A stretch of DNA of 10,489 nucleotides, taken from the NCBI GenBank assembly GCA_031459625.1, contig JAVKIH010000004.1, positions 1 to 10,489 of the forward strand, written 5' to 3'. Positions 1 to 7,724 of this stretch are shown here, piece by piece. Position numbers and translations under genes: made by a program. Under the pieces are notes generated by a model, which was given only the letters and a program-made list of their open reading frames with translations, did no database searches and was not told the origin of the DNA. Position 1 is the first letter of the stretch; each line of letters begins with the position of its first letter. The DNA comes from Candidatus Geohabitans tengchongensis (GTDB taxonomy: Bacteria > Sysuimicrobiota > Sysuimicrobiia > Sysuimicrobiales > Humicultoraceae).

Positions 1-369
1 CAGCACTCCCTCATCCAGCTGGCGAGGCTGCTGCAGACCCAGGTAGGTCGCCAGCGGGACATCCGCGTTGCGGGTCTGATCCCGCACCCGCTGGTAGGTG
101 ATCGGGAACTTCTGGTCCAGCAGGTACACCGACCCGCGCTCGCGGCTCCAGCGCACGTGGCCCGGTCGGCCCCCATCACGGGCATAGCGAGGGCCCGCCA
201 GCATCGCGACCTCCTGGCGCAACGCCTCCTCCACGGCCTGCAACCCCAGCGGGATCAGCGCCTGAATCACGGCCACCTTCGCATCCAGATCCGCCGGCAG
301 CGTCTTGACCAGCTCGGAGCCGACACCGCCCGTCTTGCTATTCGTGCCAACCCGCAGTACTGTGGGCAT
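1..369 (-). CDS. IS256 (Mutator)-family transposase, N-terminal part (runs off the left edge of the window)
   Basis: Not in the ORF track because it has no stop in the window. ATG at 369-367 follows an SD-like GGAAGGGAG, and the frame is open to base 1: MPTVLRVGTNSKTGGVGSELVKTLPADLDAKVAVIQALIPLGLQAVEEALRQEVAMLAGPRYARDGGRPGHVRWSRERGSVYLLDQKFPITYQRVRD... The 'L..EV..LAG.RY.R ... RW....GSV ... RVR' pattern matches IS256-family N-termini as I recall them. Confidence 0.8.
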   Translation of the reverse strand, partial: MPTVLRVGTNSKTGGVGSELVKTLPADLDAKVAVIQALIPLGLQAVEEALRQEVAMLAGPRYARDGGRPGHVRWSRERGSVYLLDQKFPITYQRVRDQTRNADVPLATYLGLQQPRQLDEGVL

Positions 370-475
370 GGAAGCGGTCTCCCTTCCGCATGGTGTTTGG
401 GTTTGCACCCACAGATTCATTCACCACGCCGGGGCCGCTTCCCTCATTTCTCAACGGACTTTAGCACACGCTCCC
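1..475 (-). mobile_element. IS256-like insertion sequence; left end / terminal inverted repeat at ~441-475
   Basis: Minus strand from 475 reads GGGAGCGTGTGCTAAAGTCCGTTGAGAAATGAGGG, about 105 nt upstream of the transposase start. This resembles IS256-family GG..GTGT..AAA ends, and base composition changes beyond 475. The partner IR and target duplication are outside the window, so the exact end (474 or 475) is unverified. Confidence 0.65.
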
Positions 476-697
476 AGCCATAACCGCAGGGACAAATCCT
501 AATTCTTCGGTTTTGCCCTCAAGAGTGTCAATGGTGCGCCCCCAAATCGCTCGCATCCTCGAGTACATAAACTGGTGAAAGGGGTCGATTTTCACCAGAT
601 GCAGAGGAGAAGAATATTTCCCGCCCACACCCACTATGTCCGGGTGCTTAGCGTACACTGCTAAAATTTTTTCCATCCAGAGTGCGGGAACCTCGTT
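476..697 (-). pseudogene. Probable glycosyltransferase family 2 internal fragment, truncated by the IS
   Basis: Extending the 461..676 ORF upstream gives NEVPALWMEKILAVYAKHPDIVGVGGKY, similar to the post-DxD segment of GT-A fold enzymes (D..VP.DWLE.....F..P.V.GVGG). The DNA is AT-richer than the rest of the window, there is no N-terminal GT domain, and the frame runs into the IS end and stops inside it (461-463). Confidence 0.45.
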
Positions 698-922
698 ATG
701 GAAACCGGGTGCGGTGGAGTGATGGCATGTCTTGATGAGCTGAGGACGAAGGATGAGATGTTGGAGCTCATGATCGCCTACCAGAGCTACGCAACGAAAT
801 TGGCCTTATGGTGCCATATCCTGTTCCCGTGGTACCTGGGCTATGCGGCTTTCCGCAAGAAGACCCCGGAGGAGATGGGTGAGCTGGCGCGCTTCTACAC
901 TGAAGCCCTCGAGCGGATGTGA
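698..922 (+). CDS. Small hypothetical protein (74 aa; 66 aa if the ATG at 722 is used)
   Basis: ORF with protein-like composition and mostly G/C-ending codons (DELRTKDEMLELMIAYQSYATKLALWCHILFPWYLGY...). No motif recognised. Confidence 0.4.
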   Translation: METGCGGVMACLDELRTKDEMLELMIAYQSYATKLALWCHILFPWYLGYAAFRKKTPEEMGELARFYTEALERM

Positions 923-1039
923 AGCATACGGCCGGCTCGCTTCGCGTGCAGCACGGCATCGCCTCCGTGGCGGCCGGTGCGCCCGGGCAGTTTCCTCGCC
1001 CCCCGGTCAGCCGCCGCAAGGCCCGGCAGGATCCTCTTC

Positions 1040-1071
1040 GTGCCGGTGCTTCGCCGGTCTGCTATTATAGT
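1040..1071 (+). promoter_or_regulatory. Probable sigma70 promoter of the rib operon (extended -10)
   Basis: TGcTATTAT at 1060-1068 (overlapping TATAGT at 1066-1071) sits in an AT-rich island, with GTGCCG (1040-1045) 17 nt upstream. It lies about 30 nt before the FMN aptamer. Confidence 0.6.
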
Positions 1072-1096
1072 TGTCGGTTCCTATAGCGACTAGCGA

Positions 1097-1237
1097 CGAC
1101 CTTCGGGGCAGGGTGAGCCCGTAGCGGGCAATTCCCGACCGGCGGTAAAGCCCGCGAGCGGCGCGGCAGGCAGGTGCCGCGCCGCAGACCCGGTGAGATT
1201 CCGGGGCCGACGGTACAGTCCGGATGGGAGAAGGTCG
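1097..1237 (+). ncRNA. FMN riboswitch (RFN element) aptamer
   Basis: P1 CGACCTTC (1097-1104) pairs with GAAGGTCG (1230-1237). Conserved blocks are present in order: GGGGCAGGGTGA..AATTCCCGACCGGCGGT, AGCCCGCGA, GACCCGGTGAGATTCCGGGGCCGACGGT, AGTCCGGATGGGAGAAG. It lies directly upstream of ribD. Confidence 0.97.
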
Positions 1238-1341
1238 CCGGATCCCTCTGTCGCTCCCGGCGGCAGAGGCACCCGGCTATCTCCGCCCGGAGGTCATCGC
1301 TCCGGGCGGAGACGTTCCAGCCGCCCGGGGGGCAGGGAGGT
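1238..1341 (+). promoter_or_regulatory. Riboswitch expression platform: two strong hairpins before the ribD RBS
   Basis: Hairpin A CCTCTGTCGC/GCGGCAGAGG (1245-1254/1260-1269). Hairpin B is a perfect 13-bp stem, TCTCCGCCCGGAG/CTCCGGGCGGAGA (1280-1292/1300-1312). SD GGAGGT at 1336-1341. Confidence 0.6.
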
Positions 1342-1351
1342 GCCAGGCGGC

Positions 1352-2521
1352 GTGGACGGACCGCGGGCCGGGACCGAGCCGGGCGACGACGAGCGGTACA
1401 TGCGCGAGGCCCTGGCCTGGGCTCGCAAGGGGCTGGGGCGTACCAGCCCCAACCCGGCCGTGGGAGCGGTGGTCGTGCGCGACGGGCAGATCGTCGGGTG
1501 CGGCTACCACCGCCGGGCGGGCGAGCCCCACGCCGAGGTCGAGGCCCTGCGCGACGCCGGCCCGCGCGCCCGCGGCGCGACCCTCTACGTCACGCTCGAG
1601 CCCTGTCCCCACCAGGGGCGCACCGGTCCCTGCACGCGCGCCATCCTGGAGGCCGGCATCGCCCGCGTGGTCGTGGCGCTCGGCCGTGACCCCGACCCCC
1701 ACGTCGACGGCAGAGGGGTGGCGGCGTTGCGGGCGGCCGGGCTCGAGGTCACCGAGGGCGTCCTGGAAGCCGAAGCGGCCCGCCTCAACGAGGCGTACCT
1801 GAAGCACCGCCGCGCCGGGCTGCCCTTCGTCACGCTGAAGTGGGCGATGAGCCTGGACGGCCGCCTCTCCGCGCGCCCCGACGCCCCCACGCCCATCAGC
1901 GGCGCCCGCTCGTTGCGCTACGCCCACGAGCTCCGCAACGTCCACGACGCCGTGATGGTGGGGATCAACACCGTGCTCGCCGACGACCCGCTGCTTACCT
2001 GCCGCATCCCGGGCGGCCGCGACCCTGCGCGGCTGGTCCTGGACTCCCGGCTGCGCATGCCTCTCGACGCGCGCATGCTGCGCCAGCCCTCGCCGGCGCC
2101 GACGATCGTCTTCGCCGGGGAGGACGCGCCTGCGGAGCGCGCCGCGGCGCTGCGGGCGGCGGGGGCCGAGGTCGTGATCCTGCCGGGACGGCGCCCGGCC
2201 ATCCGCGCCGTGCTGGCCTGGTGCGCGGCGCGGGGGATGCTCAGCGTCATGGTGGAGGGCGGGAGTACGGTGCAGGGGGCCGTCCTGGCCGAGGGCATGG
2301 CCGACCGCGTGGCGGTCGTGGTGGCGCCGGGGCTGGTGGGCGCCCGCGACGCCCCCGCCCCCGCCGGCGGCCCCGCACCGCTCGCCGGGCGCGCGTTGCT
2401 GCGGCTGCGCGAGGTGACCGTCAGGCGGCTGGGGGAAGACGTCCTGATCGAGGGGTACCTGCCCCAGGCGCCGGAGTCGGTGGTCGGCCGGAGGACGGCC
2501 GACCTGCACCGGATGCGTTGA
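1352..2521 (+). CDS. ribD: Bifunctional diaminohydroxyphosphoribosylaminopyrimidine deaminase / 5-amino-6-(5-phosphoribosylamino)uracil reductase
   Basis: Motifs TSPNPAVGAVVV, HAE, TLEPC(PHQGRTGP)C, KWAMSLDG, GINTVLADDPLLTCR, VEGG. Start placed at GTG 1352, after GGAGGT; the ORF-track start at 1193 lies inside the riboswitch. Confidence 0.96.
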   Translation: MDGPRAGTEPGDDERYMREALAWARKGLGRTSPNPAVGAVVVRDGQIVGCGYHRRAGEPHAEVEALRDAGPRARGATLYVTLEPCPHQGRTGPCTRAILEAGIARVVVALGRDPDPHVDGRGVAALRAAGLEVTEGVLEAEAARLNEAYLKHRRAGLPFVTLKWAMSLDGRLSARPDAPTPISGARSLRYAHELRNVHDAVMVGINTVLADDPLLTCRIPGGRDPARLVLDSRLRMPLDARMLRQPSPAPTIVFAGEDAPAERAAALRAAGAEVVILPGRRPAIRAVLAWCAARGMLSVMVEGGSTVQGAVLAEGMADRVAVVVAPGLVGARDAPAPAGGPAPLAGRALLRLREVTVRRLGEDVLIEGYLPQAPESVVGRRTADLHRMR

Positions 2522-2523
2522 CG

Positions 2524-3150
2524 GTGTTCACCGGGCTCGTGGAGGGCACAGGCGACGTCCTGGCGGTGGAGGCGCGGCCGGACGGGCGGCGGTTGCGGCT
2601 GCGCGTGCCCCGTGACCTCGGGCCGGTGCAGGTGGGGGAGAGCCTGGCCGTGGACGGCGTCTGCCTGACCGTGGCCGCGCTCTCGGGCGGAGATGACGGC
2701 GACGGGCTCGTGGCCGAGTTCGACCTGGTCCCCGAGACGCTGCGCCGCACCACGCTGGGCGTCCGAGGTCCCGGCGACCGGGTGAACCTGGAGCGCCCCG
2801 TCCCGGTGGGCGGGCGGCTCGGCGGCCACCTCGTGCAGGGGCATGTCGACGGCGTCGGCACCGTCACCGCCGTGGCCGGCGAGGGTGGAGGACGGTGGCT
2901 CGAGGTGGCGCTGCCCGCGGGGCTCGAGCGCTACGTGGTGGAGCGCGGGGCGATCGCCCTGGACGGGGTCAGCCTCACGGTCGCGGCGGTGCGCGACGGG
3001 GGGCGGATCGGGGTGGCGCTGGTGCCGCACACGCTCGCCGCCACCACGCTGGGGACGAAGGCGGTGGGCGATCTCGTGAACGTGGAGGTGGACGTCGTGG
3101 CCAGGTACGTCGAGCGGCTGCTCCGGCCGGAGGACGGTGAGGGGCGATGA
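2524..3150 (+). CDS. ribE: Riboflavin synthase (alpha chain; RibE/RibC)
   Basis: GTG at 2524 gives the hallmark N-terminus MFTGLVE. Also [43 protein letters not shown]. It is the 3' part of ORF 1840..3150. Confidence 0.96.
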   Translation: MFTGLVEGTGDVLAVEARPDGRRLRLRVPRDLGPVQVGESLAVDGVCLTVAALSGGDDGDGLVAEFDLVPETLRRTTLGVRGPGDRVNLERPVPVGGRLGGHLVQGHVDGVGTVTAVAGEGGGRWLEVALPAGLERYVVERGAIALDGVSLTVAAVRDGGRIGVALVPHTLAATTLGTKAVGDLVNVEVDVVARYVERLLRPEDGEGR

Positions 3151-4376
3151 GCCAGCCCGAGACGCAGCGCGCAGGGGTCTTCGCCTCGGCCGAGGAGGCC
3201 ATCGAGGAGATCCGCCGCGGGCGCATGGTCATCGTCGTGGACGACGAGGACCGGGAGAACGAGGGCGACCTGGTGATGGCCGCCGAGGCGGTCACGCCCG
3301 AGGCCGTGAACTTCATGACGCGCTTCGGCCGCGGGCTCATCTGCGTCCCCATGCCGGCCGAGCGGCTGCGCCAGCTCGACCTGCCGCTCATGGTGGACCG
3401 CAACACCTCCCTGCACGGGACCGCCTTCACCATCACCGTGGACGTGCGCCACGGGACCACCACGGGGACGTCGGCCTTCGACCGTGCCGCCACCATCCGG
3501 GCGCTGGCCGACCCGTCGTCGCGGCCGGAGGACTTCGCCCGGCCCGGCCACATCTTCCCGCTCATGGCCATGGAGGGGGGCGTGTTGCGCCGCAGCGGCC
3601 ACACCGAGGCCGCCGTGGACCTGGCCCGCCTGGCCGGGTTCCAGCCGGTGGGCGTGCTCTGCGAGATCCTGGCCGACGACGGGACGATGGCGCGGCTGCC
3701 GCAGCTCGCCCTCTTCGCCGCGGAGCACGACCTGCGCATCGTCACCATCGCCGACCTCATCCGCTACCGGAAGGCCCGCGAGCCCTTCGTCCGCCGCGAG
3801 GGCGAGACGCGCCTGCCCACCCGCCACGGGGAGTTCCGCGCCGTCGTCTACGAGAACACGCTGGACGGGAGCAGCCACCTGGCCCTGGTGCGCGGGGAGG
3901 TGGCCGACGGGACGCCGGTGCTGGTGCGTATGCACTCGGAGTGCCTGACCGGGGACGTCTTCGGGTCGCTGCGCTGCGACTGCGGGGAGCAGCTGCAGGC
4001 GGCGCTGGCGATGATCGCACGCGAAGGGCGCGGGGTGGTCGTCTACATCCGTCAGGAAGGGCGGGGGATCGGGCTGACCAACAAGATCAAGGCCTACGCC
4101 CTGCAGGACGACGGCAAGGACACGGTGGAGGCCAACCTGCTGCTCGGCTTCCCGCCCGACCCGCGCGACTACGGGGTGGGCGCGCAGATCCTGGCCGACC
4201 TGGGCGTGCGGCAGCTGCGCCTGATCACCAACAACCCGCGCAAGCGCGCCGGGCTGGAGGGGTACGGCCTCACCGTGGTGGACCGGGTCCCCCTGGAGAT
4301 GCCGCCCAACCGCGAGAACTACCGCTACCTGCAGACGAAGCGCCACAAGCTTGGCCACCTCCTCTCCATCGACTGA
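3147..4376 (+). CDS. ribBA: Bifunctional 3,4-dihydroxy-2-butanone-4-phosphate synthase / GTP cyclohydrolase II
   Basis: [28 protein letters not shown] (RibB); [41 protein letters not shown] (RibA). ATGA overlap with the ribE stop. Confidence 0.98.
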   Translation: MSQPETQRAGVFASAEEAIEEIRRGRMVIVVDDEDRENEGDLVMAAEAVTPEAVNFMTRFGRGLICVPMPAERLRQLDLPLMVDRNTSLHGTAFTITVDVRHGTTTGTSAFDRAATIRALADPSSRPEDFARPGHIFPLMAMEGGVLRRSGHTEAAVDLARLAGFQPVGVLCEILADDGTMARLPQLALFAAEHDLRIVTIADLIRYRKAREPFVRREGETRLPTRHGEFRAVVYENTLDGSSHLALVRGEVADGTPVLVRMHSECLTGDVFGSLRCDCGEQLQAALAMIAREGRGVVVYIRQEGRGIGLTNKIKAYALQDDGKDTVEANLLLGFPPDPRDYGVGAQILADLGVRQLRLITNNPRKRAGLEGYGLTVVDRVPLEMPPNRENYRYLQTKRHKLGHLLSID

Positions 4377-4382
4377 GCGTCC

Positions 4383-4850
4383 ATGGGCGCGGTCTGGCAG
4401 GGGAGCGAGGACGGGCGCGGGCTGCGCATCGCCATCGTGGTGAGCCGCTACAACCTGGGCATCACCGAACGGCTATTGGCCGCCGCGGAGGCGACGCTGC
4501 GCGAGCGCGGCGCGGCGTGGGACGTGGCCTGGGTCCCGGGTGCCCTGGAATTGCCGCTCGTGGCGCGGCGCCTGGCCGCCTCCGGCGGCTACGACGCCGT
4601 GCTGGCGCTGGGGTGCGTCATCCGCGGGGAGACGGCGCACTTCGAGCACGTGGCCCGGGAGGCGGCCCACGGCCTGGCCCGGGCCGCGGACGAGACCGGG
4701 GTGCCGGTGATCAACCAGGTGCTGGCCGTCTACGACCCCGCCCAGGCGGCGGCGCGCGCCGGCGACGAGGTGAACCGCGGGCGGGAGGGGGCGCTGGCGG
4801 CCATCGCCATGGGGACGCTCATGCGCACGCTGCGCGAGGCGGGGCTGTGA
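4383..4850 (+). CDS. ribH: 6,7-dimethyl-8-ribityllumazine synthase
   Basis: IAIVVSRYN, VPGALELP, ALGCVIRGETAHFE; 155 aa; canonical operon position. Confidence 0.96.
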   Translation: MGAVWQGSEDGRGLRIAIVVSRYNLGITERLLAAAEATLRERGAAWDVAWVPGALELPLVARRLAASGGYDAVLALGCVIRGETAHFEHVAREAAHGLARAADETGVPVINQVLAVYDPAQAAARAGDEVNRGREGALAAIAMGTLMRTLREAGL

Positions 4851-6463
4851 GGGGCGGGCCGGCGCCCGTCACGCTTTTCACCGGCCTGCGCGCCCGCACG
4901 CTCGATCCCGCGCTGCCGCAGGCGACCGCCCTGGCGGTGGCGCACGGGCGCGTGCTGGCGGTCGGGGACGACGCGACGCTGCGGGAGGCCTTCCCCCACC
5001 ACCGCCGGGTGGACTGCGGGGGGTGGTGGGCGCTACCGGCGCTCAGCGACAGCCACATCCACCTGCTGGCCTACGGGCTGAGCCTGCGGCGCCTCGACCT
5101 GCGCGAGTGCCGCTCCCTGGCCGACGCGGTGGCCGCCGTCGCCGCCGCGGTCCGCCAGACGCCCCCGGGGGTGTGGGTCCTGGGACGCGGCTGGGACCGC
5201 AACCGCTGGGCGGAAGGGCGCTGGCCCACGCGCGACGACCTCGACCCGGTGAGCGACGGCCATCCCGTCGCCCTCACCAGCAAGGACGGCCACCTCCTGT
5301 GGGTGAACTCCGCCGCCCTGGCCGCCGCCGGCATCGACGCCCGCACGCCCGATCCGCCCGGCGGGGAGATCGTGCGCGACGGTGCCGGCCGGCCCACCGG
5401 CCTGCTGAAGGAAGAGGCGAAGGCGCTCGTCGCGCCCCTGATCGAGCGCCCCGACCCGGCCATGGCGCAGGCGGCGGTCGCCGACGCGGTGCGCGCCCTT
5501 CACCGCCTCGGGATCGCCGCCGTGCACGACATGGAGGGCCCCGAGGCGTTCACCGTCCTGCAGGAGGTGCACGCAGCCGGGCGCCTGCGGTTGCGCGTCT
5601 GGATGACGGTGCCGGTGGACCGGCTCGAGGCCGCGCTGGCGCTCGGGCTGCGCACCGGCACCGGCGACGCGTGGCTGCGGGTGGGCGGGGTGAAGATCTT
5701 CGCCGACGGGACCCTGGGCTCCCAGACGGCCAGCATGCTCGAGCCCTTCGACGGCCAGCCGAACAACACCGGCATCGCCGTCCACGACCGGGAAGCGTTG
5801 CGGGCACTGGTCGCGCGCGCGGTCGAGGGCGGGTGGTGGCCGGTGGTGCACGCCATCGGCGACCGTGCCAACCGCGACGTCCTGGACGCTGTCGCGGCGG
5901 TGCGCGACCTGGCGCAGGCCCGGGGCGTGCGCAGCCGCATCGAGCACGTCCAGCTCCTCCACCCCGACGACCTGCCGCGCCTGGCCGCCCTGGGGGTCAT
6001 CGCGTCCATGCAGCCCATCCACGCCCTCGCCGACCGGGAGGTCGCCGACCGCTACTGGGGGCGGCGCTGCCGTTGGGCCTACGCCTGGCGGTCGCTGCTC
6101 GACGCCGGGACCGTGGTGGCCTTCGGCTCGGACGCACCGGTGGAGACGCCCGACCCCTGGGAAGGGCTCTACGCGGCGGTAGCGCGGCGGCGCCCCGGCG
6201 AGGCGCCCTGGTACCCCGAGGAGGCCATCACGCCGCTGGAGGCGCTGCGCGCCTACACGGTGGGCGCCGCCGTGGCCGCGGGGGCCGAGCAGTGGGCGGG
6301 GCGCCTGGCCCCGGGATGTGTGGCCGACTTCATCCTCACCGACCGCGACGTGCTGAGCGTCCCGCCGGAAGAGCTGCGGCAGACCCGGGTGCTGGCTACG
6401 GCCGTGGGAGGGGAGATCGTCTTCGCCCAGGGCCCGCTGGCCGGGCTGGAGGGGCCGGACTAA
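4847..6463 (+). CDS. YtcJ-like metal-dependent amidohydrolase (Amidohydro_3 family), ~538 aa
   Basis: GTGA overlap with the ribH stop. Motifs ALAV..GRVLAVG, DSHIH (HxH), WVLGRGWD, DGHLLWVNSAAL, GVKIFADGTLGSQTA, HAIGD, RIEH, FGSDAPV, GRLAPG..ADF. It is the 3' part of ORF 3137..6463. Confidence 0.92.
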   Translation: MRGGPAPVTLFTGLRARTLDPALPQATALAVAHGRVLAVGDDATLREAFPHHRRVDCGGWWALPALSDSHIHLLAYGLSLRRLDLRECRSLADAVAAVAAAVRQTPPGVWVLGRGWDRNRWAEGRWPTRDDLDPVSDGHPVALTSKDGHLLWVNSAALAAAGIDARTPDPPGGEIVRDGAGRPTGLLKEEAKALVAPLIERPDPAMAQAAVADAVRALHRLGIAAVHDMEGPEAFTVLQEVHAAGRLRLRVWMTVPVDRLEAALALGLRTGTGDAWLRVGGVKIFADGTLGSQTASMLEPFDGQPNNTGIAVHDREALRALVARAVEGGWWPVVHAIGDRANRDVLDAVAAVRDLAQARGVRSRIEHVQLLHPDDLPRLAALGVIASMQPIHALADREVADRYWGRRCRWAYAWRSLLDAGTVVAFGSDAPVETPDPWEGLYAAVARRRPGEAPWYPEEAITPLEALRAYTVGAAVAAGAEQWAGRLAPGCVADFILTDRDVLSVPPEELRQTRVLATAVGGEIVFAQGPLAGLEGPD

Positions 6464-6489
6464 ACCGTGGAGCGCCTGGCTACGTCTCT
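6460..6489 (+). promoter_or_regulatory. Putative ECF-sigma (autoregulatory) promoter CTAAAC-N17-CGTCTCT
   Basis: AAAC and CGTC with 17-nt spacing match the general ECF AAC/CGT promoter pattern. It sits about 50 nt upstream of the ECF sigma start and overlaps the amidohydrolase TAA stop. Confidence 0.6.
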
Positions 6490-6538
6490 TGAAGGGGGGA
6501 GAACGGCGGACCCCGAACCGCCGCGGCGGGAGGCGGGC

Positions 6539-7216
6539 GTGGAGGAGCAGGAGCGGTCGGCGGCCGGGCGGGGTGCGGGGCTGCCATTCGGGCGGGGTGA
6601 GGGGCTGACGGAAGAGGACGCCGGGCTGGTCGAGGCCTTCCGGCGAGGCGAGGAGAGCGCGTTTGCCGCCCTCGTCATCAAGTACCGGGAGGCGGTCTAC
6701 CGGACGGCACGGCGGCTGGTGGGCAGTCACGAGGACAGCGCCGACATCACCCAGGAAGTCTTCATCCGCGCCTACCGGGCGCTGCCGCGCTTCGACGGGC
6801 GGGCGCACCTGCGCACCTGGCTCTACCGGATCACCGTGAACCTCTGCCTCGACCTCCACCAGCAGCGCCGGCGCCAGACCTGGGTGGACCTCGAGGAGGT
6901 CACCGCCGAAGCCCCGCCCGAAGACGCCCCGGAGGCCTGCGCCGAGGCCCGCACCCTGCGGCAGGCGGTACGTGCCGCGGTGGCCGCCCTGCCGCCCAGG
7001 CAGCGGGCCATGGTGGTGCTGCGGGTCTACCAGGACCTCCCCTACGCCGAGATCGCGCGCGTCATGGGGTGCGCGGAGGGGACGGTCAAGGCGACGATGT
7101 TTGCGGCGCTGCGCAAGCTGCGCCGCCAGCTCGGAGCGGTGCTGGGAGAGGAGACGGTGGCGACGCTGACGGCAGGCCTGGGGGCGGGGGCCCGGGTGGG
7201 CGATGAGGTGCCGTAG
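6539..7216 (+). CDS. ECF (sigma-70 group 4) RNA polymerase sigma factor
   Basis: Region 2: AFAALVIKY...DITQEVFIRAYRAL..FDGRAHLRTWLYRITVNLCLD. Region 4: LPPRQRAMVVLRVYQDLPYAEIARVMGCAEGTVK. Start placed at GTG 6539 after GGAGG (6529-6533); the ORF track uses 6467. Confidence 0.95.
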   Translation: MEEQERSAAGRGAGLPFGRGEGLTEEDAGLVEAFRRGEESAFAALVIKYREAVYRTARRLVGSHEDSADITQEVFIRAYRALPRFDGRAHLRTWLYRITVNLCLDLHQQRRRQTWVDLEEVTAEAPPEDAPEACAEARTLRQAVRAAVAALPPRQRAMVVLRVYQDLPYAEIARVMGCAEGTVKATMFAALRKLRRQLGAVLGEETVATLTAGLGAGARVGDEVP

Positions 7217-7724
7217 GGCGCGGGAGCTCCTGCTGGAGGGCGTGACCGGCCGGCTGGACCCGGACCGGCGCCGGGCGCTGCTCGCGCACCTGGCCGGGTG
7301 CGAACGCTGTCGGGCCGAGGCTGCGGAGCTGGAGGAGGGCGTGGCCCTCCTCCAGGCGGTGCCCGAGCCCGTGGCACCCGAAGGCTTCTGGGGCGACTTC
7401 ATGGCCGGTCTGGAGGGACGGCTGCGAGCCGAGCCCCTCCCGCTGGGGGTACGGCTGCGCCGGTGGTTCGCGCGGCCGCCGCGCGCCCTGGGCACGGCCG
7501 CTGCCACGGCGGCGCTCGTCGCCGTGCTCACCCTGGCGCTCGGGCAGCAGCGCTCCGCCCCGCCCGAGACCACCTCTCCGCCGGGTCGGCTCGCCGCCTA
7601 CGTCACGCCGGAGGTGCGCGGCGTCCTGCCGGCCCTCAGTCACGCCGTCGAGCTCTGGCGGGCCGGCATGGGAGCCGTCGAACAGGAGCCCCTCTTCGAC
7701 GACCTGCCGCCCGCAGCCCCGTGA
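7203..7724 (+). CDS. Zinc-finger (zf-HC2 / ZAS) membrane-anchored anti-sigma factor
   Basis: N-terminal C...HLAGCERC (HxxxCxxC), a single hydrophobic helix (ALGTAAATAALVAVLTLAL) and a short extracytoplasmic tail. Overlaps the sigma gene 3' end; SD-like GGTGG upstream. Confidence 0.9.
   Translation: MRCRRARELLLEGVTGRLDPDRRRALLAHLAGCERCRAEAAELEEGVALLQAVPEPVAPEGFWGDFMAGLEGRLRAEPLPLGVRLRRWFARPPRALGTAAATAALVAVLTLALGQQRSAPPETTSPPGRLAAYVTPEVRGVLPALSHAVELWRAGMGAVEQEPLFDDLPPAAP

Noticed and set aside
157..502. Plus-strand ORFs 157..483 and 305..502
   Set aside because: Antisense to the transposase and IS end; no protein-like signal.
1193..1351. Long N-terminal extension of RibD
   Set aside because: It overlaps the FMN aptamer and expression platform, and the SD lies at 1336-1341.
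1840..2523. N-terminal extension on riboflavin synthase
   Set aside because: Off-frame shadow of ribD. Riboflavin synthase needs the N-terminal MFTG, supplied by GTG 2524.
3900..4376. RibA as a GTP cyclohydrolase III-like variant needing a deformylase partner
   Set aside because: The zinc-binding Cys residues (CLTG...CDC) and the Tyr in AYALQD are intact, consistent with ordinary GTP cyclohydrolase II.
3137..4846. 1108-aa ORF suggesting a giant amidohydrolase fusion
   Set aside because: The N-terminal 570 codons are an Arg/Pro/Gly-rich off-frame shadow of ribBA and ribH. The real gene starts at GTG 4847.
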